From the human T2T-CHM13v2.0 reference genome, Homo sapiens, in NCBI RefSeq assembly GCF_009914755.1, contig NC_060941.1: a stretch of DNA of 64,000 bases; one strand, written 5' to 3'. Shown here piece by piece: positions 52,041 to 64,000 of this stretch; position 1 is the stretch's first letter, and each line of letters starts with the position of its first letter. A program made the position numbers and the translations under genes. The notes under the pieces are model-generated. The model was given only the letters and a program-made list of their open reading frames with translations. It had not been told where the DNA came from and did no database searches.

Positions 52041-53499
52041 CTGTAACAGGGACAAGGATTACCAGTGTATGAATATTCCTGAACTCCCTCACCCCTGGGC
52101 TTCTAAGGGAGGAGGATTTCTGATCGCTGTGTCGGATCCTGGCCTCTTTCTTGAGGATAATTCGGGTAGGGGATGCAATGGAGAGAAGGCTAAGGAGGTT
52201 GGAGGGGTTTTTATCTACATAATAAAGATCTAAGAAAGAGGAAAGGCTGAAGTGAGGAGACAGGGAGAGGCGGGAAAGAGAGAGAGGAGAGAGAAAAGCT
52301 GCCATGGGGGCTGAGGGAGTTTTGGGGGTGCAAGATATCTAGAAAGAGAGTATTTAGAAGAGCAACAAGGGATGAGGGGATTTGAAAGAGATTTTCTTTG
52401 AATTAAGAATGCACACCCACCTTTGCATTTCGCCAAAAGACAAGTCACGAATCGAAACATGTTTAATCATTGTTTGCTTGCCAGACTTCATTTCTTTGCA
52501 AAAAAACTACAAAGCACCTCCTGATCCACCTGGATTAGACAGCCAATCTCACACAGAGAGCACGGACTGTGAACGGCATAGGGTACACACAAGGACATAC
52601 AGAGTCCAGAAGAAGAACTCAAACTAAGTTGGCACAGAGACTCTCTCAGCAGCTGCACTTTTAAGAGTTCTTATTCAGTTCTTACTGAAGAGAAACTGCA
52701 AGGGCCTCACAGGCCCTGTTGAGTAGCGTTCAGGGTTTACAGTAGAAATGCGTGTCAATGTTAGTTATTTAGGAACCTGCGTGTAGTTCCCATTCTGCGG
52801 TGTGGAGTCAGTCATTCTCAACAGATGCTTTAGTTATCTCTAGAGTCCCTCGTAGGTATTGCTGAGGCTGAGCCCTGCTGCCCCTGGCTGGCCTGCGAGA
52901 GTCAGGTTTCATCGGCTGAGAGCAGGAATCCCCATAAGCACCTCTCAGAGAATGTGGGACTCAGGAGGCATGTTTCATGGGGGCTGGCTACGCAAGACAC
53001 TTGCACTTGAGTCCCTACCTTGGAAAAAGAAAAACTCTGTCCCTAGTAAAGGAATGGCAGCAACATAGACCCTATGGGAGAAGGGGTCTTCTTTAGGCCA
53101 CGGAGTAACTTGCTGTGATGCTGAAGTTAGGCCTGGTTAGGGCTGGGCTGCCTATTTCCGCTACAGAGAAGGATGAACCTGCCTCTGTTCCTCTCTCCAT
53201 GGAGACATCTGTTCCCTTGGGTGGCTTCCTGGATCCTTCATAGAATCTCCTTTCCTCTAGCCCCATTTTTCAGCCCAGCTTATAGACAGTTCTATTCCTT
53301 GCCCAGCACGTGGCTATAGACAGGGCTGAGAGAGGAAAGCTGAAGAGATTGAAAATGCAAACAAAACAAAACAGAAGAACCCACCTTCACTTCTTTACTG
53401 AACATCCGCACACAGCACACGCTCAGCATATACTATAAGCTCTGTTCTCCTTCTGCAGACATGTACACACCCCTGAGTAATAATGCTGTCTGTGTGTTC

Positions 53500-53640
53500 T
53501 CATGCATGGTGGTGCCCAAAAGGCCATAGGAATTTGACAGTTGAGGAAACTGAATCCAGGGAAGCTCAAGGACTCACTCAGAGCCACACAGCACCCAGAA
53601 CTTGAACCAACATTCCAGACTCCTTGTCCACTGCTCTTCC
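53500..53640 (-). mobile_element. MIR
   Basis: tttgacagttgaggaaactgaatccagggaagctcaaggactcactcagagccacacagc. Confidence 0.75.
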
Positions 53641-54012
53641 TGTTCAGATCATGTATGGACACATGCAGTGGTGCAGAGTGTGCCTCACTTTATCATCCCA
53701 GAAGCCCCTCTTTTTGCAGCTGAATGGAATCACTCCAAAACATAGGAAGACCGAGGATACCCCTTGAAGATACCAAAACCTCACCTCCTTCTGGTTGCAC
53801 TATGGAGCTGGACAGTGAGGGTTCTCTGTGGCAGGACAGTTTAAAGTCAGGCAGGGATGCCATTAGCACCAATTGCGTGGTCTGTACAAAAGGGACTGGA
53901 AAGAAATAGAATAAGTCTCAGTGCCTTCATCTGCATAATGGGCATATTAACAGGCTCTATCACCCAGGGCTGTGGAAAGGATTAAGTGAGATATAAAAAG
54001 ATCATACATTTC

Positions 54013-54084
54013 TTTTTCTTAATTTTCCTATTTTTTATTTTTAGTTTTTAGGTATACATAGTAAGTGTATATATTTATAGGGAG
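54013..54084 (-). mobile_element. Very short L1MA 3' insertion
   Basis: T-rich tail plus ggtatacatagtaagtgtatatatttatagg; 15-bp TSD aagatcatacatttc at 53998-54012 and 54085-54099. Confidence 0.82.
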
Positions 54085-55104
54085 AAGATCATACATTTCC
54101 TAGGACAGGACTAATACATTCAGCTGTGGCTATTATCAGAGAGCACCAAGACCTTAGGTAGGGCAACCAGACTGGCTATGGGGCTTGACATAAGCCAGGC
54201 CCATGGCCCATAAACTATTTCAGGTAGGAAGTAAGCAATACTATAACTCGCACTCTAGGGGGAGCAAAAGGACACCCCCCCCCCACACACACAATGGTTA
54301 TGGCTGCACACCTGGTCTCAATACAGTGAAACTTGGGACTTGCTGCCAAGCTCCACCAGGCAAGGGGCAGAGGACACTGAGTCTCCCCAGACTGAGTCAG
54401 GAGCAGCTCAGGAGCTGACACTGGCCTGAGTTTGCAGCAAAGGGCCCTTGAGTACCAGGCTAGGCAGCTCTGGAGAAGGCGGAAGTGGAGAAAGTTCCAA
54501 AGTCAATTCCACTCTGACACACTGTTTGTGATGTTCCACAGTCAGCACAATGCCTGCCCCTTGTAAGGGTTGCAAAAATACTTGTTGAATGAATGAATCA
54601 ATCAGTGATACAGACCAAGGTCAAATCAGAACCCCAAACCCTAAAGACTTTATACTCTCACTGTCCGTCCATCAACCTTCTATCCTGTCAGAAGTCAGGA
54701 TATCCCTTGCAAGACCCTTTGCTGGCCTTTCAGTTATCTTTTGAATAGAGGCTCTGAGCCTTGCAAGTATTGCCTGGGAAATATCAACTCCCTCAATTAA
54801 TTATATGGTGCTATCTGACCAGGACCTTATTTTGGTATAATGTGAACCTGAGACAGGAGCACCTCCTAGTTGCATCTTTGAAATGCCAAGCACCTTCATT
54901 CATGCTTAGCCCTGGATTGTGGGGAGACCTGCAAACCTTGTCAGAGCATGGCTTCCCAAGGGCCAGGTCACAGGGCACTTTGCAGCCAGAACTCAGCCAG
55001 TACTGCCTGTGGCTAAGCACACTAATTTGTTGACCAGGGTGGGTGCCCTTGGCAGCTCCAACCACCACGTAGATACTCCAGTAACTTTTTCTACTTCAAA
55101 GAAT

Positions 55105-55540
55105 GGAGGTTTTCAAACTCTGTTGGCCATGACCCACAGTAGGAAATACATATTGCAGTGACCCAGCGCATTTATGCATACGATGTATTTTATCATTCTC
55201 ACATGCTCATTTCCCCCCCCCACATTTGAACATCTCTGAAATTTGGATATGTTTTACAAATTATGACATCTTGCCATTAATTGGCAGCATTTTTTTCTTT
55301 CTGGGTGATACATAAAATTTTGCATCTTCCAATAAATGATGACTGTGATTCAGTGAAATATGGCATATGTGTAACTTAAAAATACTTTTTATAAAAACTA
55401 TCTTTGCTGCATGGTGCTCTATGACATTTTCTATGTGTTATTTTACTTCTTCTCCTTTCAATGCTGTTCACTGCTACCCATTTAGTCAACTTGCACCACC
55501 CTTTAGAGGGTCTTCAATTGTTATTTTCAACATATAGTCA
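55105..55540. mobile_element. hAT-Charlie relic hosting a MER104-like element
   Basis: ttttcaaact...catgacccacagtaggaaataca...gtgacccag start and a Charlie-like end. Confidence 0.45.
55183..55363. mobile_element. MER104-like TcMar-Tc2 MITE
   Basis: gtattttatc...cacatttgaacatctctgaaatttgg...gattcagtgaaatatgg with inverted-terminus remnants. Confidence 0.6.
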
Positions 55541-55689
55541 CAGGAACAGAGGATGGTGTTAGTGAACTCTGTGACTAAAGAGTTTTCCATAAATGGGTGG
55601 ACCTGAGATTTACAAGCATTAAGTTATTGGGCCAGGAGGTGGAATAGATCATGATTAGGAGAGTCGAAAAGAAAGATGACAAATCACTT

Positions 55690-55900
55690 TAAGTCAGACA
55701 AACCTCTTTCTATACTAGCTCCCTTACTTACTAATCATATAACTGTGGATACATTTATAAAAATTATTAGTGTCTTAGTTTTCTCACCTGTAAAACACTG
55801 AACAGAGCTCCTGTCATTCAGAGCTGTTGTCAACAAGAGAGTTAGAGTGTAAAGCATTGACTTGGGGCCTGCATGTAGTAGGCACTCAATAAATGGTGGC
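55690..55900 (+). mobile_element. MIR
   Basis: tcttagttttctcacctgtaaaa...gtgtaaagca...tagtaggcactcaataaatggt. Confidence 0.75.
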
Positions 55901-56194
55901 AATCATGGCATTGGTGATAATGACGCTCAGTAATTAGTAGGTGTTATTATTAAAAGTTGCAAAAACGGCTAGTACCCAACATGACTTTAGCTGGTATAAA
56001 GATCTTATAATTATTTTTAAAGTCGCAAACTATTGTATTCATTTGATTGTATAGTTTCTTGCCATCACAACAAACACTCCTATTCATGTCTAATTCAATA
56101 CTTGGTGAGTCCAAGAAAGCATTTGGGTCCCTACTGATGGGAGCACCATGGCCAAGTCACCCTCTTGGTCAGGTTCTCTTGCTTCTCGTTGTGT

Positions 56195-56645
56195 GTCTTA
56201 TCTCACTGTAGGCTTTCAAACTATGGGCTCGGGCAAGCCTTTCCAGTGATCACATTAATCTTATATTTTATGTGTTAACGTGTGCCTCCAATAACTTGCT
56301 TTCCTTGCTCACCATGGTGATGCGTTTTTCCTGCTTTGTGTCCTCCCTCATTGATTATGATGGGCTGTTGACTATTTGAACCTGGTACTTCTACTTGATC
56401 AGCTCTACACAGTTTCACTCCTTTTCAATTTCAGTTTCTCTTTTATCAGTGTTCTCTGTCAATCCTTATAGGCCTAGATGTTCATTGTGGTTTCATCATC
56501 TATTTGATCTCTCCTGTGATGTTTCATTAGCATTTCTTCAATAGTTTCTCAGGGGTATTTGCCATGATTCAGCCATTGTACACTTCTTAAAACTTTCAAG
56601 CCTTTGAATAACTGAAGGAATGTCTCACAGAAACATAACCTTTCT
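56195..56645 (-). mobile_element. Probable RTE-clade LINE relic (RT C-terminus)
   Basis: Reverse-strand pieces LCFCETF, IQRLESF, AGKTHHHGEQGKQ and HWKGL...*KPTVR occur in RTE motif order. Confidence 0.5.
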
Positions 56646-57084
56646 TGATTACATGAATTAACCCTCAAAAATGCATCCGATTATCAGAAATACCTTAATG
56701 CATTGTATTGGGTTCAAAATGGATAAGGTATGTTTAGTATTACGTGATGAATAAATTCTAAGCTTAATTTAAAAAATGTTAAGTAAATGTCTAGAGATGC
56801 ATACAATTCTAATAAATAGATATTTTCTACCTGTCTCCTGTCATTGTCAACATTTGTAAACTAACAGGCATGGTTTTCTTGTGAATACCAGATATTTGTG
56901 TGTTCATTGGCTTGATTGAATATGTGAAACATTCCTAGACTTCTTTAGCTCAGTATGTAGGAAGGTAGATGGGTAGATAAGAAAGGAGGAAGAACAGTAG
57001 GAAGATAAATATGTCGGTTGATAGATAGGTAATAAGGATAATTGCCATCATTATTATTTTGCTTGGTTTTTCATGATTAGCCAC

Positions 57085-57335
57085 GTGAAACATTATTATA
57101 GTTTATTGCGCGTGTTCCTGGTCTCTTAGTTTGCAAAGAGCATTCACCTCATGATCTCCTAACTACTCAGTAATAGAGACAAAGTAAATATTCCCATTTG
57201 ACAGAGGAGGACATAGAAGTCCAGAGAGGTGAGCTCCATGAGCAAAACGTTAGATGCAGTAATGTAATGCCGTAAATAAATGGCAAATCTGGAGATGAAT
57301 CCCTGGGCTCCTAATTCAGTGCTCCTTCTACAATA
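57085..57335 (-). mobile_element. MIR
   Basis: ttcccatttgacagaggaggacatagaagtccagagaggtga. Confidence 0.7.
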
Positions 57336-57914
57336 CTAGGTAGGCAGAGATGACAAGAAAAAATGTTGGAAGTAGCAATGGGTACTCCTTTCCCCATTCC
57401 TTCTGTGAAGGGCTTTGGTTTCATTTAAAAAGTAGAACACTCTAAAAAACTTGGCTCAAGACTTTTTGGCTCTCATAAAGCAACATTAAAACAAAATGGC
57501 CCCAGGTCATAAAGATTGCATTGTACTGAGAAATGACCTCGCACAGTGGTCAACCTCAGTCCCAGACAAGCTTGCAAAGCAGAAAATCTTATTTTCCACT
57601 TTTCCTGACCAGCTTTTCTGGAGCCCTGAGCTCTCTTTCTTATGAATGGGGACACTGAGCTAAGAACTGAGATTTCCTGATGCCTAGATAGGATCTTTAC
57701 TCCTTACCCATATTTTTGACACCTGGTATCTGACCTTTGCAGGCCAAAGGGCCAGTTTCTGTTGAGTTCTGATAAAGTCAGTCCACAAGTGCTATTTGCT
57801 GGTCATCTCATCTGTGACTATCTTCTGCTGGGCATTGGTTCCACCTTATTCTAATCTCTGATTGTCAAAATACAACTCAGTCCTTGCAGGGATAGTGGAA
57901 ATGCCAATGAATTG

Positions 57915-58140
57915 GGCAATTTTATAGTGTGTCTAGTACATGCCATAACTTCTTAACATGTAATTTTAATTCTCACAACAAACTTATGAGGTTGTTGCTA
58001 TCATTCCACTTTATAGACAGGAAGATGGAGGCTTAAAAAGGCTAAGCAAACTCATCAGTGGTGAACAGCTGGTGCACAGTAGAGCTGGGATCCAAATGCA
58101 CAACTGCCTGATCTCAAAGCACTAATTTTTACACTCTGTC
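57915..58140 (-). mobile_element. MIR
   Basis: ttaattctcacaacaaacttatgagg...ttatagacaggaagatggaggctt...agagctgggatccaaa. Confidence 0.75.
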
Positions 58141-60928
58141 ATTAGCACCTGAATACTTTTGTTTTCAAATCCCCAGCTCACCGGGGGTTTGGACCCCAAA
58201 TTTTAAAGAAACACTGTCACCCAACTCAATTCTTCTGACCATGAACAAACATCCCAAGCAGTATGAGAAATTTTAGCAGCCATGGTGCAGAGCTCTCTGA
58301 AGCCTGATATAGATTAGGAACAGAAAGAAGATTAGATGTGTGTATATTATGGATTGTGGGCATAAGACTTGGATAAGGAAAAGATTGCATTGTACTGAGA
58401 AATAACCTTATTTGAGGGAAGGAAGAGATGTTCCACTGATTGGCCAGATCCCAAGATGCTAGCATGGGAGTGAAGGTGGGCTTGGAAGGGGAAAAGAAGG
58501 AATCCACAGCCCTCTTTCTGCCCTGGGTGGTATAAGAAAGTTGAAGGAATTAGGGGAAGACGAGTGTGCTCTTGGGGATCACATCCCTTGGAGGGAGAAG
58601 AGAGACTTAGAGACAGTGAGTCCCCTTCTACTTCTGTATTTTGTATAGAACAGACACTTCTACACCTTAGTTTCTTTGAATTCCAGGTATTGGAAACAGA
58701 AATAACAAAAACATGTACATTTTACTACTTCAGTTCTACTGAAAATCAGATTCCTTGACAAGCTGGGATGGGGCTGTCGGTGAGGGATCATCCCTGTAAT
58801 ATCAACTTCTGGGTGCAGAGTAGCTACAGAGGGATGCAAGGGGCAAAAAGAGTCTAGGTGTTCTTGTAATTATCAACCAATAGTGGAAATGGCAGAGTGA
58901 CAGAGTAAAGTAGGGAGGAAGGGGAGAAGTGGCCAGCAGGCACAGTGCTGGGGGAGCTGACAGTGAATGGCGCAGGGGGCAGAGCTGGGGGAGAGCGGTG
59001 GAGGAGTCTGAGAAGGCTCCTTGTGAACATATTTTGAGCTTTGGAAGATGAGGTAGGTGGGACGCACAGGAAGGAGAGGGACAGCTTTCCCACCAGGGAA
59101 CCTTGTTTGGAGAAGTTACTGAAGTTGATGCCCACAGCCCTGTACTGTTGTTTGGCCAGAGTGGAGGACTGTCTTGAATGGTGTATGAAAATGAGGTGAA
59201 AGATGCCATGGAAAGCACCTGCCTGGGGTGGCTACAACATCTTGCTGCCTCTGTTTATCAATCTGTCAAATTGGAGAAATAATCCGTTTTATAGAAATGT
59301 CAGGAGGATTAAAAGTGGTAGCGTATGTCAAGGATCCAGCCCACTCCTTGGCATAAAATAGATGCCCTGTGAACTGTCACTTCTTACTCATTAGAAAGGG
59401 AAGATGATGGGTCCTTGGGGCCTCTTTCATATACATTTAAATGGTTGTTGAAAGGGATCCTGGAGCCCCTCTTGGATACAATAGAATGCCTCCATTGCAC
59501 CACACCCCAAGACGCAGGAGAGAACTCTGCTGGGCACACTGTAGGGCACCAGCTTGTCTTCTTCCTGCTGTAGCTTGCAGTAGGGAGGTCTGGGACCTGA
59601 TAATGAGGGGCAGACCAGCAGGGCTGAGACCCCAGGTTACCCACTCTGATGGCCTCTGCCCTGCTGCTTGTGTGTGTTCACCCATGAGTGTGTGTGCCTG
59701 TGCACATGTGTATATCTGTGCTCATGTGTATAAATGTGTATCCTTCTCAGTAACTCTAAAGCCTAGAGAATGACAGACAGAGGATGGGCAAAATGAAAGC
59801 CAAAGATAATTGTCATTGATCTATCTACTTAATGGCCTGAAAATGCCCAATTAGAGCAGGGTGCATGGCTGGCTGCTGAGCCAGAGGGCTGAGGGAATTC
59901 TCTGGGCTACTGCTCATAGTGCACTGCTTTTATTGAGGTGCCCTGTGGATAGCCAAGGCTTTCTTACTCCTGCCTCCCTGGGAGAAGGGTCCTGGATTCC
60001 AGACACCAGGGAGGTATGACATGCCACCCCCATACCTGTCACCAGTAATCTAATAGTGGCTTCCTGGCTTCATCTCTGGGCTTGGCATGTGAGGACGGTC
60101 CCCATCATGAATCACAAGATGTATTTCTTAACTGTCTTCCTTTCCTTTTTGCCTCTGAACTGTGAGCTGAAGATGAGGTGAATGTAGTATTATCAAGATG
60201 AACAGAGTCCAGTGGAGCCTGGGGAGGGAGGCTCCATCTGGTGGCAGCCACATGTAATTCTGAGGGACCACACTTAAGAACTAAATGCACTGTGGCTTGC
60301 TTCCCAGCTCTGGAAGGTGTGGGATGTTAGGCAGCTCACTTGGTCTCTCTGAGCAGAGGCAGCAAGCATTACGATGATATCTAACAATTTCTGGTCCTTT
60401 CCAGTGCACTGTCCTGGCTAGAGCCACTAACACCCCCTGCCTGGGTTATTAAAAGATGAGCACTTCGCATGTTGTTCACTGCAGTATCCCCACTGCCTTA
60501 AACAATGACTGCTATATAGGAAGGACTTAGTAACAATATATTGAATAAATAAGTAGAAGACAAGATGACTGCCTGGGGCCTCAAATCTGCAAACGCCTTA
60601 TGTGGGCAAGGATCTTTCTAAGACAGGGTCATCTAGAAACCACAGTGAACACCTTCTACATGCGCAGCCTGCATTGTGAAACTCTAGGGTCTCTATTTGT
60701 GTCAAATACAATGGGGGCTGTGCCTCTGAGGTTGCAATGTGGGGGACTAGCCAGACCTAAGAAGAATGAAGAACTCTCAGTCTTTGCACTTGAGCTTATT
60801 GTTGATTCATCCACATAACTGTGGTCTATAAAACTATTCAACTCACATGTACAATTTTAGGAAAAGTCATGTTTGAATGATTTTCATCTTTAGAAACTAT
60901 AAAACTGTATTGTTAAAAAATATTCTGA

Positions 60929-63165
60929 GAACCCATTTATGATGTTAAAACTTCAGAAAAATAGAAATAGAGGGGCTGTTCTTAACTTGATAGAGTGCAT
61001 CTCCAAAATACTTGTAGCTAAAATACTCGATGCTGAAAGACCGAATACCTTCCCCCTAAGATGTGGAAGTAAAGATATCCACTCTCACCACTCATTCAAC
61101 ATCGTTCTGTAAGTTCTAGCCAGTGCAACAAGGCCAGAAAAGAAAATAAAAGGCATACATGTCAGAAAGGAAGAAATTAAACTAACCCTATTTGAAATTA
61201 CGTGATTGTCTACATATAAAGTACCAAAGAATCCACAACAAAACCGTCTACAACTAATAAGTGAATTCGGCAAGGTTGCAAGACAAGATCAATATACAAA
61301 AATCAACTGTATTTCTATATACTAACAATAAACACATGGGCATTGAAATGCAGAATAAAATATTTACAATTGCTCAAAAAATAAAATAATTACAATCTAA
61401 ATATGTACAGGACTGACTTGTATGTTCAAAACTACACATGCTGATGAGAGAAATCAAAGATCTGAAAAATGGAGAGACATACCATGTTCACGGATTGAAA
61501 AACTCGACATATCAACTCTTCCCAAATTGACATACAGGTTTAATGCAATTTCTATGAAAATCCTAGTATTTTTTTAGGAATAGATAAGATTATTCTAATA
61601 TGTGTATGAAAAGGCAAAGTAACTAGAGTTGCTGAAATTATTTTGAAAAAGAGGATCAAGTGGTAGCAATCAGTCTTCTGAATTTCAGGACATTACACAG
61701 CTACATTAATCAAAACTGTGCAGTATTGGTGGAGGAATAGACACACATATTAAAGAAACAGAACAAAGAACCAAGAAATTGACCCACACAAATATGTCCA
61801 ACAGATTTTTGACAGAATTGCAGAAGCAATTCAGTAAAGGAAGGTAAATTTTGAACAAATGATGCTGGAGCAAGTGGATATCCATAGGCCAAAAGATGAA
61901 CCTCAACCTAAGCCTTACTTTAACTATTAACTCAAAGTGGATCAGAGACTTTTGTATAAATGGTAAAACTATGAAACGTAGAAAAAATATAGATAAATTA
62001 TTTCAGACTTGACACTGAAAGTGTGGTCCGTAAAGAAAAAATTGATAAATTGAATTTCATCAAAATTAAAAACTTTTGCTATTTGAAAGACTCTCTTAAG
62101 AGGGTAAAAAGACAAGCTACAAAATGAGAGGAAATACTTTCAAATTACATATTGGACAAAGTATTAGTATTTGGAATATATAAAGAACTCTCAAAACTCC
62201 ATAGTGAAAAACAATATAATTAGAAAATGAACAAAAGTTATAAAGAGACATTTCACTGAAGAGAATATACAGATGGCAAATAAGCACATGAAAAATGCTC
62301 GACATCATTAGCTATTAGGAAAATGCAAATTAAAACCACAATGAGTGATCACTATCCCTCTATCAGAATGAATAAAATAAAAAAGAGTGAGAACTCCAAA
62401 TGCTGACGAGGATGGGAGAAACTGGATCACTCAGACATTACTGGCGAGCATGTAAAATGACACAGCTACCCTGGAAAGTTGCAATTTCTTAAAAAACTAA
62501 ACACACGACTACCATATGACCCAGCAATTGCACCTCTGGGCATTTATCCCAGAGAAATGAAGACTTATGTTCACACAAAAATCAGTATGCAAATGTTGAT
62601 AGCAGCTTTATTCGTAATAGCGAAAACCTGAAACAACTCAGATGTCCTAGAATGGATGGTTAAACAAATTGTGGTATCTCCATATTATAAAATACTTCCT
62701 GGCAATAAGAAAGAACAAACTATTGATGTACAAACAACCTGGATGAATTGCCTGAGATTTATGCTGAGTGGAAAAAAAAAGAAACAGTCTCAAAAGGTTA
62801 CATGCTGTATGATTCCATTCATATAACATTCTTGAAATGATAGTTACAAAAAAGCAGAACAGATTAGTGGCTCCCAAGAGTTTAGCAGGGACTGAGGAGT
62901 GGAAGGGAAGGGGCTGTGGCTATAAAAGGGTAACATGAAGGATCCTTGTGGTGATAGAGGTATTCTACCTTTTGACTGTGTCAATGCCAATGTCCAGGAT
63001 GTGATATTGTACTATAGTTTTGCAAGATGTTACCATTAGGGTGAACTAGGTAAAAGGCATACAGGATCTCTCTGCATTATCTCTTATTATTTCTTATAGC
63101 TGCATGTAAATCTAAAAGTATTTTAAGATAGAAAGTTTAATTTTAAAATTAAAGAAGAACAAAAA
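60929..63165 (+). mobile_element. L1MC (MC1/2-like): decayed distal ORF2 plus 3' UTR
   Basis: cattcaacatcgttctgtaagttctagccagtgcaa, agatcaatatacaaaaatcaact, gaaaatgcaaattaaaaccacaatgag; 3' UTR tgtggctataaaagggtaacatgaaggatccttgtggtgat. Confidence 0.88.
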
Positions 63166-63435
63166 CTACACATGTGACAAAATTTTGTAGAAACACACAC
63201 ACACACACACACGAGTGCCTGCTAAACCGGTGAGATCTGAGTAAAGTCTATAATCTAGCTAATTGTATTGGTCTGGTTAAGTGTATTGTGCCACTGTCGA
63301 TTTCCTGGTTTTGATCATTTGTTATGTTATGAAAAGTGTTGAGAGAAGCTGGGTGAGTGATAAGTACGTAGAACTTTTCGTATTAATTCTGCAACGTCTT
63401 GTGAGTCTATAATTATTTCAAAATAAAAAAAGTCT
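63166..63435 (+). mobile_element. Second L1M (MC3/MD-like) 3' end with (AC)10
   Basis: tacacatgtgacaaaatt...tttcctggttttgat...cttgtgagtctataattatttcaaaataaaa. Confidence 0.72.
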
Positions 63436-64000
63436 TTAAAAAGAACCGAGAACAAAAAAGAAACCATTTATTATGGAGCCAAATGTAAAATTCCAACACT
63501 GACAGTTCTGTTAGAACTGTCGCCACTCGTCTGGATGTGCATTCGCAAGCTGCCCTGCGAGTGCTGTCAATTGCAAATTCAGTCAATTAGGACTCAGCAT
63601 CAGGCAGCTGGAATGACACTTCCTCTAGTGAAGCCTCAGAGAGCTTACTTATGCCACTCATTTCAGATGGAGAGCAAGGGTTTGAATTTGCCCCCTCTAG
63701 AGCCCATGCTCGCACTTCTGCACCGTATGGCAAGGTTGAGTCAGGCAGAGCTTGTCCTCAAGAAGCCCGCAGTCTGCTGTGGAGAGAGGTGGGCAGTAAA
63801 ACACATGCTCCAGCTGTAGCCATGTCCCTGTCTGGACCAGTTAACTCAATTCAGTTTCAACTTGCAGACAGCTCCTTCAAGCCAATCAGACATCAGAGAA
63901 ATAAAAAGGATGTGACAAAAGAGAGTGAGGTGTAGAACACAGTCTCCCTCTCCTGGACAAACTGCTCTGGGAAAGTTTGCACTTGGAGGTAGATGGGGAT

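Noticed and set aside
60231-60250. CTCF-like words (also near 9366 and 58969)
   Set aside because: Each mismatches high-information positions; cannot be called without ChIP data
60929-63165. Functional L1 ORF2
   Set aside because: 5'-truncated with many stops and indels; no long + strand ORF

Overview
This is primate genomic DNA, not microbial. AluY, AluS, AluJ, FLAM and MER85 indicate a catarrhine, most likely human. It reads as CpG-poor intronic or intergenic sequence with no CpG island and no protein-coding exon or RNA gene that I can support. The ORF track is explained by chance ORFs, simple repeats and repeat-derived frames. Much of the window is layered transposable elements: MIR, L2, CR1/L3, L1M/L1P fragments, MaLR/ERVL/ERV1 LTRs (including a two-LTR MST provirus with a nested MER85 piggyBac MITE), hAT-Charlie and Tc2 relics, and a probable RTE-clade LINE relic. 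I do not find a new multi-gene system. The most notable structures are a probable L1 3' transduction, two old local duplications, several micro-rearrangement scars (palindrome, dup-inv-dup) and a few repeat-free motif clusters that may be enhancers (especially an inverted SOX pair plus ETS sites near 51.7-52.0 kb). Subfamily names come from recalled consensus sequences. Boundaries of old repeats are approximate (tens of bp), while TSD-defined boundaries were read directly. I could not identify the locus.
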